From Candidatus Saccharimonadota bacterium (lineage in GTDB: Archaea; Nanohalarchaeota; Nanosalinia; Nanosalinales; Nanosalinaceae): 32,000 nt of DNA. Each line of letters starts with the position of its first letter. The first letter of the stretch is position 1. The notes under the pieces are model-generated. The model did not search any database, was not told where the DNA came from, and was given only the letters and a program-made list of their open reading frames with translations. Below are positions 23,190 through 31,048 of this stretch, piece by piece. A program made the position numbers and the translations under genes. Location: NCBI GenBank assembly GCA_001761425.1, contig CP012986.1, forward strand, positions 1,020,001 through 1,052,000, given 5' to 3'.

Positions 23190-24017
23190 TTAGAGATCGC
23201 TCCTCTCGAGATCCTGGAAGTAACCGAAGACTTCTTCTTCAAGTTCTCCTTCGTCGTGGAGATCTTCCATGTAGGAGCTGAAGTCGTCGGATGCTCCGAT
23301 CTCGTCCATGTCAAGCCATCTGCCGTTAGGCCTTTCATCGGAGACTCCGTACTCTCCGAGTCTGAACTCGTCGTCTTCAAAGTCTGTTCCTTCAAGAACA
23401 TCCATGACCTGGGCCTCGTAATCGCTGGTGTTCTCAATAACTTCTTCGTAACCAACGCCTTCGAGCTGACTGTCTAGGGCCGTGACTGAGTAACCCATGA
23501 ATGCATCTCTGACACCATCACTTTCGTCAAGCAGGCCTTCAGAGAGGCCTTCATAGGCAAATTCCGAAGCTTCAGTCTGTGTCTCTGTCTGAGTATCTGT
23601 TTCAGTCGGAGACTCTGTCTCTGTAGGCGTTTCTGTATCTACAGGAGTCTTGGTTTCAGTAGGGGTCTCAGTGGAGTTATCTACCGGAGTCTGTTCTCCG
23701 CTTTCTTCCTTCGTGATCGGAGATCTCAACCTGTACGGGATCGCATCGCCGACAGCACCCCAAGCCTCGCCAGCCTGACCCGCGGCCGCCGATCCTACTC
23801 CTGCTGCGTAGTCAACGGAATCCAGATCTCCGTCTTCAGCGAAGTCCACAAAACCTCCAGCGGCGGCAACGCCCGCTGCCTGAAGGAAGTTTCTTCTTTC
23901 AGGGTCGAAGTTTCTGTTGTTGTCATTACGAATTATATCATAGGATTTTTCTGCGGCAGACCTAACGTCTCCCGGAAGTTCTGTAAACGCTTCTTTAGCC
24001 TCATCAGCCCAGCTCAT
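23190..24017 (-). CDS. Highly acidic hypothetical protein with internal Tat-like RRNFLQAAG motif and Thr/Glu/Pro-rich linker
   Basis: 275 aa. ERRNFLQAAGVAAAGGF lies at residues ~39-55. The linker is TETPTETKTPVDTETPTETESPTETDTQTETQTE (DNA ~23568-23695). GGTGA lies 9 nt upstream of the ATG (24027-24031). Confidence 0.65.
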   Translation of the reverse strand: MSWADEAKEAFTELPGDVRSAAEKSYDIIRNDNNRNFDPERRNFLQAAGVAAAGGFVDFAEDGDLDSVDYAAGVGSAAAGQAGEAWGAVGDAIPYRLRSPITKEESGEQTPVDNSTETPTETKTPVDTETPTETESPTETDTQTETQTEASEFAYEGLSEGLLDESDGVRDAFMGYSVTALDSQLEGVGYEEVIENTSDYEAQVMDVLEGTDFEDDEFRLGEYGVSDERPNGRWLDMDEIGASDDFSSYMEDLHDEGELEEEVFGYFQDLERSDL

Positions 24018-24110
24018 TTTTTGTTGTCACCTTATACCAACACATTATGACTGGAAGTTATATAAACCTTTCCCTGTTTTTGTCATTCTGCGGTAACAAA
24101 CAGGAAGTGT

Positions 24111-25127
24111 TTATTTTGAAACTCTGATATCCAGACAGACTCTTTTCACTGAAGGGCCTCTATCGCCTGTAACCGTTTTCTCGACGATTTTAAATTCAAG
24201 GCCTTTTCTTTCAGCCTCTTCACGTATTTCGTCCCGTATTTTCTTCCAGTTCTCGTTCTCCAGGAACCTGTAATAATTTATTACTCCTTTATCTTCTGCC
24301 AGTTCCATTGCGAGGCCTAGAAACTTGTCCGCTGAACCTGGTAGAGGCATAACGATTCGATCAAATTTTTCCGAATACTCTATGTTTTTTACATCTCCGC
24401 AGTAGGCCTTGACTTTATCTTCAATCTTGTTTCTCTTGATGTTTTCCTTCAGGTATTCGCAGGCCTCTGGGTTTTTCTCGACTGAGATTATTTTTTCCGG
24501 CTCGGCGTTTTTCGCTGCCATAACTGCGAAAGGCCCTACACCGGCGAACATGACGAGGACTTTCTCGCCTTCCTCTATCTTTGAGACTATCCTGTTTCTT
24601 TCAGTGGAAAATCTTTCCGAGAAATAGGCCTCTGTCGGGTCAACTTTTAGTTCTGTGCCGAACTCTCTGTGAACTGTCTCGGTTTTTTCGCCGTAAAGCT
24701 TCTGGTAGTCTCCGACCCTGAATTCTCCTTTGAGGCCTCCCTGTTTCAGGAGGATAGTCTCAATATTGGGATGGTGTTCGAGGATTCCTTCTATCGCTTT
24801 CTCTCTTTCAACTGTCAGCTCGCTGATTACTGCGATATCGCCGATGATCTCGTAGGAAGGTAGTTCGTAGTCTTTCTCCCTCTCTTCATATATAATAGAG
24901 ATGTCCATGTTCTCCTTCAGATCTGAGAGGCCTTCATCGACGAAGACAATACCTCCATGATCTTTTTCCAGGACTTCTTTTTCAGAGTACTCTTTGGAAG
25001 AGTAGGCTTCCAGTATTTTTTCTTCTCCGTTCTTTGAGGCCTTGAGCCGTTTTCCTTCTTCCTTTATTTCAAAGCCCTGTTCTCTGAAGGTTTCCTTTAC
25101 TCTTTCCTCGAGTTTTTCCTGTTCCAT
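24111..25127 (-). CDS. trm5: tRNA (guanine37-N1)-methyltransferase Trm5/Taw22 family (Met-10+ like)
   Basis: 338 aa. The SAM-binding block is VLVMFAGVGPFAVMAAKN, followed by EKNPEACEYLKENIKRNKI and IVMPLPGSA, typical of archaeal Trm5. Confidence 0.8.
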   Translation of the reverse strand: MEQEKLEERVKETFREQGFEIKEEGKRLKASKNGEEKILEAYSSKEYSEKEVLEKDHGGIVFVDEGLSDLKENMDISIIYEEREKDYELPSYEIIGDIAVISELTVEREKAIEGILEHHPNIETILLKQGGLKGEFRVGDYQKLYGEKTETVHREFGTELKVDPTEAYFSERFSTERNRIVSKIEEGEKVLVMFAGVGPFAVMAAKNAEPEKIISVEKNPEACEYLKENIKRNKIEDKVKAYCGDVKNIEYSEKFDRIVMPLPGSADKFLGLAMELAEDKGVINYYRFLENENWKKIRDEIREEAERKGLEFKIVEKTVTGDRGPSVKRVCLDIRVSK

Positions 25128-25174
25128 AGAAGAGAAAGGTGTGATTAAAATACTTAAGCCGTCCCGTTTACTTT

Positions 25175-25879
25175 ATGCTCCATCTTGTAGGCGTCGGACT
25201 TGACGACAAAGAAATCACAGAGAAAGGCCTCGAAGCCATCGAAGAAGCGGAGAAAGTCTATGCAGAGTTCTACACGAACACAGAGACCGTAGACCTGGAA
25301 AAAGTAGAGGAAAAAACAGACTCGGAGATAGAGAAACTTCCACGTGATAAGGTGGAACGCGAAGACAGGATAATAGATTCAGCAGAGGAAAAAGATACAG
25401 CATTCCTGGTATCCGGCGACCCGCTTACAGCTACGACACATTACGACATAAAACATAGAGCTGAGGAAAAAGGCCTCGAAGTCAGGATAGTTCACGCACC
25501 TTCAATCTTCACCTCAATCGCAGAGACAGGCCTAAACGTCTACAAATTCGGAAGAACAGTCACATTACCTGAAGATTCCGCACCTAAATCAGTAACTGAT
25601 TATATCGAGAAGAACGATGAGATAGGCCTCCATACTCTGATACTTCTAGACATCAATTACCGGGCGGAAAAGGCCTCAGAGAAACTTATCGATCTGAAAG
25701 AGGAGCTTGCGGATCGTGACGCAGTTGTGATCGAGAGAGCGAACACCGATTCACAGAAAATCTCTGCTGGAAAACTGGAAAACTTTACTGAAAAAGAAAT
25801 GGGAAATCCCCCTCACTGTATTATAATCGTAGGCAGTACATCTCACAAAGAGGATGAGTTCCTGGAGGCCTATCGCTGA
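25175..25879 (+). CDS. dphB: Diphthine synthase (tetrapyrrole-methylase fold)
   Basis: 234 aa. MLHLVGVGLDD...EAEKVYAEFYT...FLVSGDPLTATTHYDI...GLHTLILLDI are the conserved DphB/Dph5 blocks. Confidence 0.9.
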   Translation: MLHLVGVGLDDKEITEKGLEAIEEAEKVYAEFYTNTETVDLEKVEEKTDSEIEKLPRDKVEREDRIIDSAEEKDTAFLVSGDPLTATTHYDIKHRAEEKGLEVRIVHAPSIFTSIAETGLNVYKFGRTVTLPEDSAPKSVTDYIEKNDEIGLHTLILLDINYRAEKASEKLIDLKEELADRDAVVIERANTDSQKISAGKLENFTEKEMGNPPHCIIIVGSTSHKEDEFLEAYR

Positions 25880-26118
25880 TGGACAAGACCCAGGAAAAGC
25901 TGAAGCAGGAGACGGAGAAATGGCTGGAAAGACTTGATGAAGAGCTTGAAGGCCTTGACAGAAGCGTTGAACAGATGGAGAACGTTTTAGCGTACAGAGA
26001 TGATACAGAACATTTTCTGGAGCAAAAAGATTTTGTCCGGGCTTGGGAAGCTGTTATCTATGCCTGGGGAATACTGGAGACTCTGCAGCGTCTCGGGAAG
26101 TTCGAGAACGCAGATTAA
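25879..26118 (+). CDS. Small helical protein, DUF357-like
   Basis: 79 aa. The YRDDTEHFLEQKDFVRAWEAVIYAWGILETL pattern resembles archaeal DUF357 from memory. Its start overlaps the dphB stop (TGATG). Confidence 0.55.
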   Translation: MDKTQEKLKQETEKWLERLDEELEGLDRSVEQMENVLAYRDDTEHFLEQKDFVRAWEAVIYAWGILETLQRLGKFENAD

Positions 26119-26145
26119 TTAAAGGACAGTTACGAAGTTAAGAAT

Positions 26146-27084
26146 ATGGTAGGTTTTATCGGCTTTCTTGTTCTAGCTGTTGGAGGCGGAGGTCTTGCAC
26201 TCTACCTTGGAGTTCCGCCTATAGCAATTGGAGCCTACGTTTTAGGCCTTCTGATCCTCGGTGCTATTACAGGTTTCCCAAGTTCAGGAGGATCTGAGGG
26301 CGGAGGCTCAGGAGGAGGAAGAAGTAGTTCCGGTAGTATTTTGAACAATGCGACGGATGCGGCAAACGGGTTTTTTGATAAACTGGAAGGTTCTAATGGT
26401 ACGGAGCTAGAGAGAGGTTCTTCCCGTTATCCTAGTGACCTTCAAGAAAGGGTTGTAGGCAATCCTGACCATCCAAGAAGAGATCGTGATGGAGGAAATC
26501 CTGGCCCTGATCCAACCACTTCTGGGGGCGATGAGGATATTGATTACACTCCAGGAACAAATGACGAAGAATATATAAGCGAGGATAATGATGATAATAA
26601 TATGTCAGATGCACCAGTTGAATCACTTGAAGCGGAGATTGAAAGAGTAATTAATGAACTTGGAGAAGAAGAGGAAAGAGAAAAACAGGAAATCCAAGAA
26701 CTAGATGAGGCAAAAGAAGAGCTTATCGCAGCCTTGAAAGAGCTCCAACAACATGAGGATCTTGAAGGATTCATCATCGCAATAAACAAAGAAGGTTTGA
26801 AAGGCAAAACTCCTGCGGAGCAATCTGCAGCTATTGAGAAATATGCAGAAAGATACCTAGGCCATGAACCCGGAATCCAAGAGATTCAGCAAGAGATAAG
26901 AGTTCTAGCAGACATAGAAGACAAATTTGAAACCGCATCTAAAGAAATGCAGGATGTAGATCAAAAGAAACAGCAGGATATGAAGGAAAACCAGCAGGCT
27001 GAAAGTGAACTTGCTGAAGTAGCTAGCAACCTTGATCACCTACTAGATGCTAGTCAAGAGCTCCAGCATTACTTCGGAGGGTAG
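26146..27084 (+). CDS. Hypothetical membrane protein: N-terminal TM hairpin, Gly/Ser tether, acidic coiled-coil C-terminal region
   Basis: 312 aa. TM segments are FIGFLVLAVGGGGLALYLGV and IAIGAYVLGLLILGAITGF. SSGGSEGGGSGGGRSSSGS lies at 26275-26336. A heptad-like E/K/Q-rich region runs from ~residue 160 to the end. Confidence 0.65.
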   Translation: MVGFIGFLVLAVGGGGLALYLGVPPIAIGAYVLGLLILGAITGFPSSGGSEGGGSGGGRSSSGSILNNATDAANGFFDKLEGSNGTELERGSSRYPSDLQERVVGNPDHPRRDRDGGNPGPDPTTSGGDEDIDYTPGTNDEEYISEDNDDNNMSDAPVESLEAEIERVINELGEEEEREKQEIQELDEAKEELIAALKELQQHEDLEGFIIAINKEGLKGKTPAEQSAAIEKYAERYLGHEPGIQEIQQEIRVLADIEDKFETASKEMQDVDQKKQQDMKENQQAESELAEVASNLDHLLDASQELQHYFGG

Positions 27085-27097
27085 AGTTTAACCCCAA

Positions 27098-27113
27098 AAT
27101 CCTCTTATTTTTC
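27098..27113 (+). terminator. Candidate oligo-T terminator
   Basis: AATCCTCTTATTTTTC lies 14 nt after the stop at 27084. An AT-rich TATA-like TTTTAATTATATT follows, ahead of the next ORF. Confidence 0.3.
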
Positions 27114-27150
27114 AGAACTATTATTAAATACCAGATTTTAATTATATTCT

Positions 27151-27423
27151 ATGAGAGATGTTTGGAAATGGAAACTGCTTGGATATCCTGCTGCTACTTT
27201 GACAGCTCATTTTACATCGACTTTTACCAGCGATCCTTTCGGTAATCTTGTAGGCCTTGCTTATCCATGGTCCGAGGTCGCTGTTGTAGGCCTTACAGGT
27301 CTTTTTGTCGGTGTGCTGGTTGATGAAGTTTTGCCTCATTACCTAAATGATGTACGCGGTAGCGGTGGCAGTGATATCGGAGGAGACCTTGATTCTGGTG
27401 GCGGTGGTGACCTCGATCTCTGA
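27151..27423 (+). CDS. Small hypothetical membrane protein with Gly/Asp-rich tail
   Basis: 90 aa. One TM (VAVVGLTGLFVGVLV). The tail is GSGGSDIGGDLDSGGGGDLDL. Its stop overlaps the next start (TGATG). Confidence 0.45.
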   Translation: MRDVWKWKLLGYPAATLTAHFTSTFTSDPFGNLVGLAYPWSEVAVVGLTGLFVGVLVDEVLPHYLNDVRGSGGSDIGGDLDSGGGGDLDL

Positions 27424-27869
27424 TGAAAGCTAGACTTGTAGTGCTTTCTGTCTTCCTGATTTCATCGCTGTCTTTAGGCTCTGCTGTACAGGAGTACGGG
27501 ATCGAAACCGGTTCCAACTCTGATTTTGAGGCCCAAGACTGGTTTGAAGCCCCTACGTACGATTCTCAGTCGGAGCTTCTGTTCGAAATACTTGCTCCTT
27601 TTGCATTCATGACCATCCTGCTCCAGATGATTCTGAAAAAGGCTTTACGGATGACATTTGCACAGGAAGACGATAATCCCTGGACCGGAAAGAACAAGCC
27701 CAGTGTTCACAAAGAATCCACCTTGATGGCGGTAACAATCTCTGCGATGCTTCTCGCCTCTCCTTACTGGACACTGATCCGGAAGATGGCAGCAAGCATA
27801 GGAATACTGACAGTAGGATTGCTAGGCCTTCTACTGCTTTACCTAGGATACCTCTTCATCAAAGGCTGA
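27423..27869 (+). CDS. Hypothetical secreted/membrane protein (signal peptide plus 2-3 TM)
   Basis: 148 aa. The signal-like N-terminus is MKARLVVLSVFLISSLSLGSAVQE. TM segments are LFEILAPFAFMTILLQMIL, LMAVTISAMLLASPYW and IGILTVGLLGLLLLYLGYLFI. Confidence 0.55.
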   Translation: MKARLVVLSVFLISSLSLGSAVQEYGIETGSNSDFEAQDWFEAPTYDSQSELLFEILAPFAFMTILLQMILKKALRMTFAQEDDNPWTGKNKPSVHKESTLMAVTISAMLLASPYWTLIRKMAASIGILTVGLLGLLLLYLGYLFIKG

Positions 27870-27915
27870 GATACGGGAGAAGGATTAAAAACTGTAAAAA
27901 GACCATTGTTTACCT

Positions 27916-29496
27916 ATGAATGGTCAGAGATCCAGGAAGCTTCTCTATTTTACAGGCCTTTATCTGGTTTCAGTTCCCTTAACCTCTGCCCAGGATACGA
28001 TTGGCGGTAATCAGGGAATCCAGGACAGTCTCCTGGAGTTCATAAACACCATCCTGGTTTTCAACATTGACTCAGTTCAGGGAGTCTTACTGTACTTTCT
28101 AGCACCGATCGCAGGTTTCTACTTCGTACAGAAAAACATGCTAAGTTACGGCTTCGAACTGTTCGAAGAACGAATCGACCGCCAGACATACGGCAGAACA
28201 GATGACGACATCCCAAACGGAATCAAAGGCCTCTCCATTGTAACATCGTTTATCACCGTTCAGATGCTGGGAAGAGTCAGTCCCGGAATACTTTTCGCGA
28301 CCGCCCTGATCAGCATCCTGCTCGGTGCTTTGATGCAGTTAGGCCTTCTACAGGAAATGGGAGGCGGCGGTAGCAGTAGTAGCTCTGGAAGTTCTAGCAC
28401 AGGCAGCAGTAGCGGCGGTTCTGGGAACACCGGAGGCCAGGGAGGCGGTCAGAGCCAGAGCGGAGGTTCGAACGTTAACTGGGGCCAGCTGGGACAGACA
28501 GCAGCTAATTTCGCCAACAACGTAAGCCAGAACCAAAAGAAAAAGCAGAACCAGAGTATCAAGGATGCACTATCCGTCTTCAGCTCCGGTACTGATATAA
28601 TAGATGCTATCGACCATTATCCTTCTGATTTCAGGAATCATGTTCAGAGGATTAACAACGAGAAAAAAGGAGACGAATCGGATGTCAAAAGCGTAGAGAA
28701 GGTTCTAGACAGGATGGAGCACATCGAGAGCGAGATGGAAGATCTGGAAACAAGGAGTGCCGATGACATGAGAGAAGCCAACTCCGGAAACCTCGACTGG
28801 GGAGCGGATTCAGAGATCCATGATAAAATGAACAGCTGGAATAATGATATGAGAGATCAACTGAGAAATTTGAAGCAAGAGCTAGAGAGAGTGAAAAAGG
28901 ACGAAAAGAATTCTATAACGCCTTTGAGAGATCAAATAGATAAGAGCTGGGAGAACATCCAGTTATACATAAGGATACACAAATTCGCTGAGAAACTTCC
29001 AGGAGGCCCAAGAAAGGTTGCAAACGACAATGATCTTCTGAACAAACTTGTAAATGAGGCCAGGAACAGAAATCTTGCGGGAAGCAGAAGTGCCAGTGCA
29101 ACGAAGAGCCAGTTCAAATCCAAACTGGAAAACATAGACAAATGGGAGTCACAACACAAAAACATCATAAATGACTTCGAGAAAGAGGTGGAAGACGAAC
29201 TGAAGATAAAAAAGACTGAAGCAGAAGACCTCAAACAGATCTCAAGTGACGATGACAAAATAAGAGGGGCAGCTCAGACCGTAAAATCTGCCATAGGACA
29301 GATGCAGAGCAGTGGCTCCCTCTCCAATACCGGTACGCCGCCGTGGACGCCAGACAACGTTAAAAACAGGATGAACAAATTTACCAGCCTAGGGAAAAAG
29401 ATAGACGACGAAGTACAGGACATATACAACATCGCACAGTCCGAAGGCGAATTCGAGAACGAGACCCTGAAGAAACTCAGAGAACTCTACAACTAG
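27916..29496 (+). CDS. Hypothetical membrane protein: signal-like N-terminus, 3-4 TM, long Gly/Ser tether, ~340-aa coiled-coil-rich C-terminal region
   Basis: 526 aa. The N-terminus is MNGQRSRKLLYFTGLYLVSVPLTSAQD. One TM is GILFATALISILLGALMQLGLL. GGGGSSSSSGSSSTGSSSGGSGNTGGQGGGQSQSGGS lies at 28357-28470. A K/E/N/D-rich helical region follows. Confidence 0.7.
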   Translation: MNGQRSRKLLYFTGLYLVSVPLTSAQDTIGGNQGIQDSLLEFINTILVFNIDSVQGVLLYFLAPIAGFYFVQKNMLSYGFELFEERIDRQTYGRTDDDIPNGIKGLSIVTSFITVQMLGRVSPGILFATALISILLGALMQLGLLQEMGGGGSSSSSGSSSTGSSSGGSGNTGGQGGGQSQSGGSNVNWGQLGQTAANFANNVSQNQKKKQNQSIKDALSVFSSGTDIIDAIDHYPSDFRNHVQRINNEKKGDESDVKSVEKVLDRMEHIESEMEDLETRSADDMREANSGNLDWGADSEIHDKMNSWNNDMRDQLRNLKQELERVKKDEKNSITPLRDQIDKSWENIQLYIRIHKFAEKLPGGPRKVANDNDLLNKLVNEARNRNLAGSRSASATKSQFKSKLENIDKWESQHKNIINDFEKEVEDELKIKKTEAEDLKQISSDDDKIRGAAQTVKSAIGQMQSSGSLSNTGTPPWTPDNVKNRMNKFTSLGKKIDDEVQDIYNIAQSEGEFENETLKKLRELYN

Positions 29497-29531
29497 TAAA
29501 ACTTATATTTGTTACTTCTCAATAACTACCT

Positions 29532-30593
29532 ATGAGTTCGGCCGGGGCTAAATCAGAAGAACAATCCTTTGTGTGGAGGCCTGATACAGGTATAGAAAGG
29601 CCTTCGATCAGCGAAAATGACACAGAAGATGATTCCAGTGCCGAGTTCTATCTGGCTGCTTCAGAGACAGATTCTACTTTTTCTGGAGTAAAGAATGCTC
29701 TTGAGGATCAAGGAGCTTCTACTAACACCATCAGGCCTTCTGATATAGAGCGGAAAGATGATGAAATCGTTGTTGATGGTGTTGAGGCCTCTGATTTCGA
29801 CGGCGGTATTTTTTACAGGCCTAATACCTGGTTTTCCGATGTTTCGCTGGAGGAACGGGTCGAGAAGATGGGTTTGATGGCGGATCTTGAGAATGAATAC
29901 GATGTTTGCTTCTATGGCGGTGCGCAGTCGGCTCTGATTTCCCGGGATAAGAAGGCTACGAAGAATGTTTACGAGTCGGAGGGAGTTGACAGTGTTAAAA
30001 GTTACAGTTTTGATGAGGCCTCTAATAAGCTAGAAGACGGTGACAGTATTGTTGCCAAGCCGCGGAAAGATACCTGTCAGGGCGACTGTGTTGAGCTTGT
30101 GGAATCTGAGGACGAGCTTGAGAGTTATATTGACCGTGTTCTGGGAGATTCTTCGAGGGATGAGATAGAGGAGCATCTTCTGTTTGAGGAATATTTTGAG
30201 ACAGGTGCCGAAGCTGATAACTCTGATATGAGGATGATCCTTCTGGACGGGGAAATCTACAGGAAGGAACGTTCAGGCGGAGATGGGATCGCGAACAACC
30301 TTGATAACAATGGCAAATACGTCGAGGCCCCGGAAGCAAGTGAGGAGGAGAAGAGGCTCGCTGAGAAGACTGAAGAAATCTTCGGAGACGGTTTTTATGC
30401 CGTAGATTACATAAGAGATGAAAAGGGAGATGTCAAAGTCCTGGAGAATAACGCGACACCAGGTACGAAAATAGGCGACGAGCTAGAGATTGACCTTGAT
30501 AAGGCTATCGCTGGAGAGGCCTACAGCGGGAAGATGTCAGCAGAAAATGGCCTAGAGGAGTATCAAGGCCTTCAAGATGGTGTAATTATTTAA
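29532..30593 (+). CDS. RimK-like ATP-grasp ligase (alpha-L-glutamate ligase family-like)
   Basis: 353 aa. It is collinear with E. coli RimK blocks: IVAKPRKDTCQGDCVELV, LLFEEYFE, SDMRMILLDGEIYRKERSG..IANNLDNNG, and FYAVDYIRDEKGDVKVLENNATPGTKI. Confidence 0.7.
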   Translation: MSSAGAKSEEQSFVWRPDTGIERPSISENDTEDDSSAEFYLAASETDSTFSGVKNALEDQGASTNTIRPSDIERKDDEIVVDGVEASDFDGGIFYRPNTWFSDVSLEERVEKMGLMADLENEYDVCFYGGAQSALISRDKKATKNVYESEGVDSVKSYSFDEASNKLEDGDSIVAKPRKDTCQGDCVELVESEDELESYIDRVLGDSSRDEIEEHLLFEEYFETGAEADNSDMRMILLDGEIYRKERSGGDGIANNLDNNGKYVEAPEASEEEKRLAEKTEEIFGDGFYAVDYIRDEKGDVKVLENNATPGTKIGDELEIDLDKAIAGEAYSGKMSAENGLEEYQGLQDGVII

Positions 30594-30629
30594 ATAAGGA
30601 GTAACTTGTATCATTTAGAGGTCATTAAA

Positions 30630-30767
30630 ATGCAGTTGACAGTACAGAGCATAATGAACAGGTCTATGGAGAATCCCGACCTACTTGTGATCGGATTAGC
30701 AGTAGGTTACGTACTTGCTAAAATTCAGGCTAGAAGAAGTGGAATGGGAGGCATGGGAGGCCTCTAG
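30630..30767 (+). CDS. Possible 45-aa single-TM micro-protein (not in the supplied ORF track)
   Basis: ATG at 30630 is preceded by GAGGT 7 nt upstream. The product is MQLTVQSIMNRSMENPDLLVIGLAVGYVLAKIQARRSGMGGMGGL. Its stop TAG abuts the next ORF start at 30768. Confidence 0.35.
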   Translation: MQLTVQSIMNRSMENPDLLVIGLAVGYVLAKIQARRSGMGGMGGL

Positions 30768-31043
30768 GTGATAAAAATGGGAAAGTTTTTCACAGACCAG
30801 TTCGAGCATTATATGGACAATATTGAGAACACTGTAAACGAGTTCGTATTGGTTGTCCTGTCGTTCGGAGCGATCATGGCGACACTCTACACAGTTACTA
30901 ACGGCGCACAGTATGACTGGGTAAGCTTTGGACGTATACTCTTCCCATGGGTCTCGATGCTGGCACTGATGATCATAGCGAGAGAGCTCTGGCTCCTAAA
31001 CAACAAAGTCGAACACTACATTAGACAGCAGTCAGGTGAATAA
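30768..31043 (+). CDS. Small hypothetical two-TM membrane protein
   Basis: 91 aa from GTG 30768 (alternative ATG at 30777). TM segments are FVLVVLSFGAIMATLYTV and ILFPWVSMLALMIIA. Confidence 0.5.
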   Translation: MIKMGKFFTDQFEHYMDNIENTVNEFVLVVLSFGAIMATLYTVTNGAQYDWVSFGRILFPWVSMLALMIIARELWLLNNKVEHYIRQQSGE

Positions 31044-31048
31044 GTAGA

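Noticed and set aside
20213-23477. Plus-strand ORFs 20213-20524, 20716-21144, 22494-22826 and 23256-23477, and minus-strand ORF 23144-23455
   Set aside because: They are antisense or alternative frames of the paralogue, ATP-grasp and Tat-motif genes. They are Ile/Leu/Phe/Ser-rich translations without features. The chosen frames are supported by paralogy and motifs.
23568-23695. Short periodic DNA repeats (GTCTCTGT / GTTTCAGT-like) that might suggest a CRISPR or satellite array
   Set aside because: The periodicity is only the coding of a Thr-Glu-Thr-Pro low-complexity linker in an open reading frame. There are no spacer-repeat units of CRISPR size anywhere in the window.
26432-30339. Minus-strand ORFs 26432-26626, 26544-26807, 27142-27339, 27293-27517, 27607-27795, 28348-28536, 28913-29258 and 30022-30339
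   Set aside because: They are antisense to the tightly packed plus-strand operon. Their translations are Ser/Leu/Pro/His-rich shadows without TM or motif content, and there is no room for promoters.
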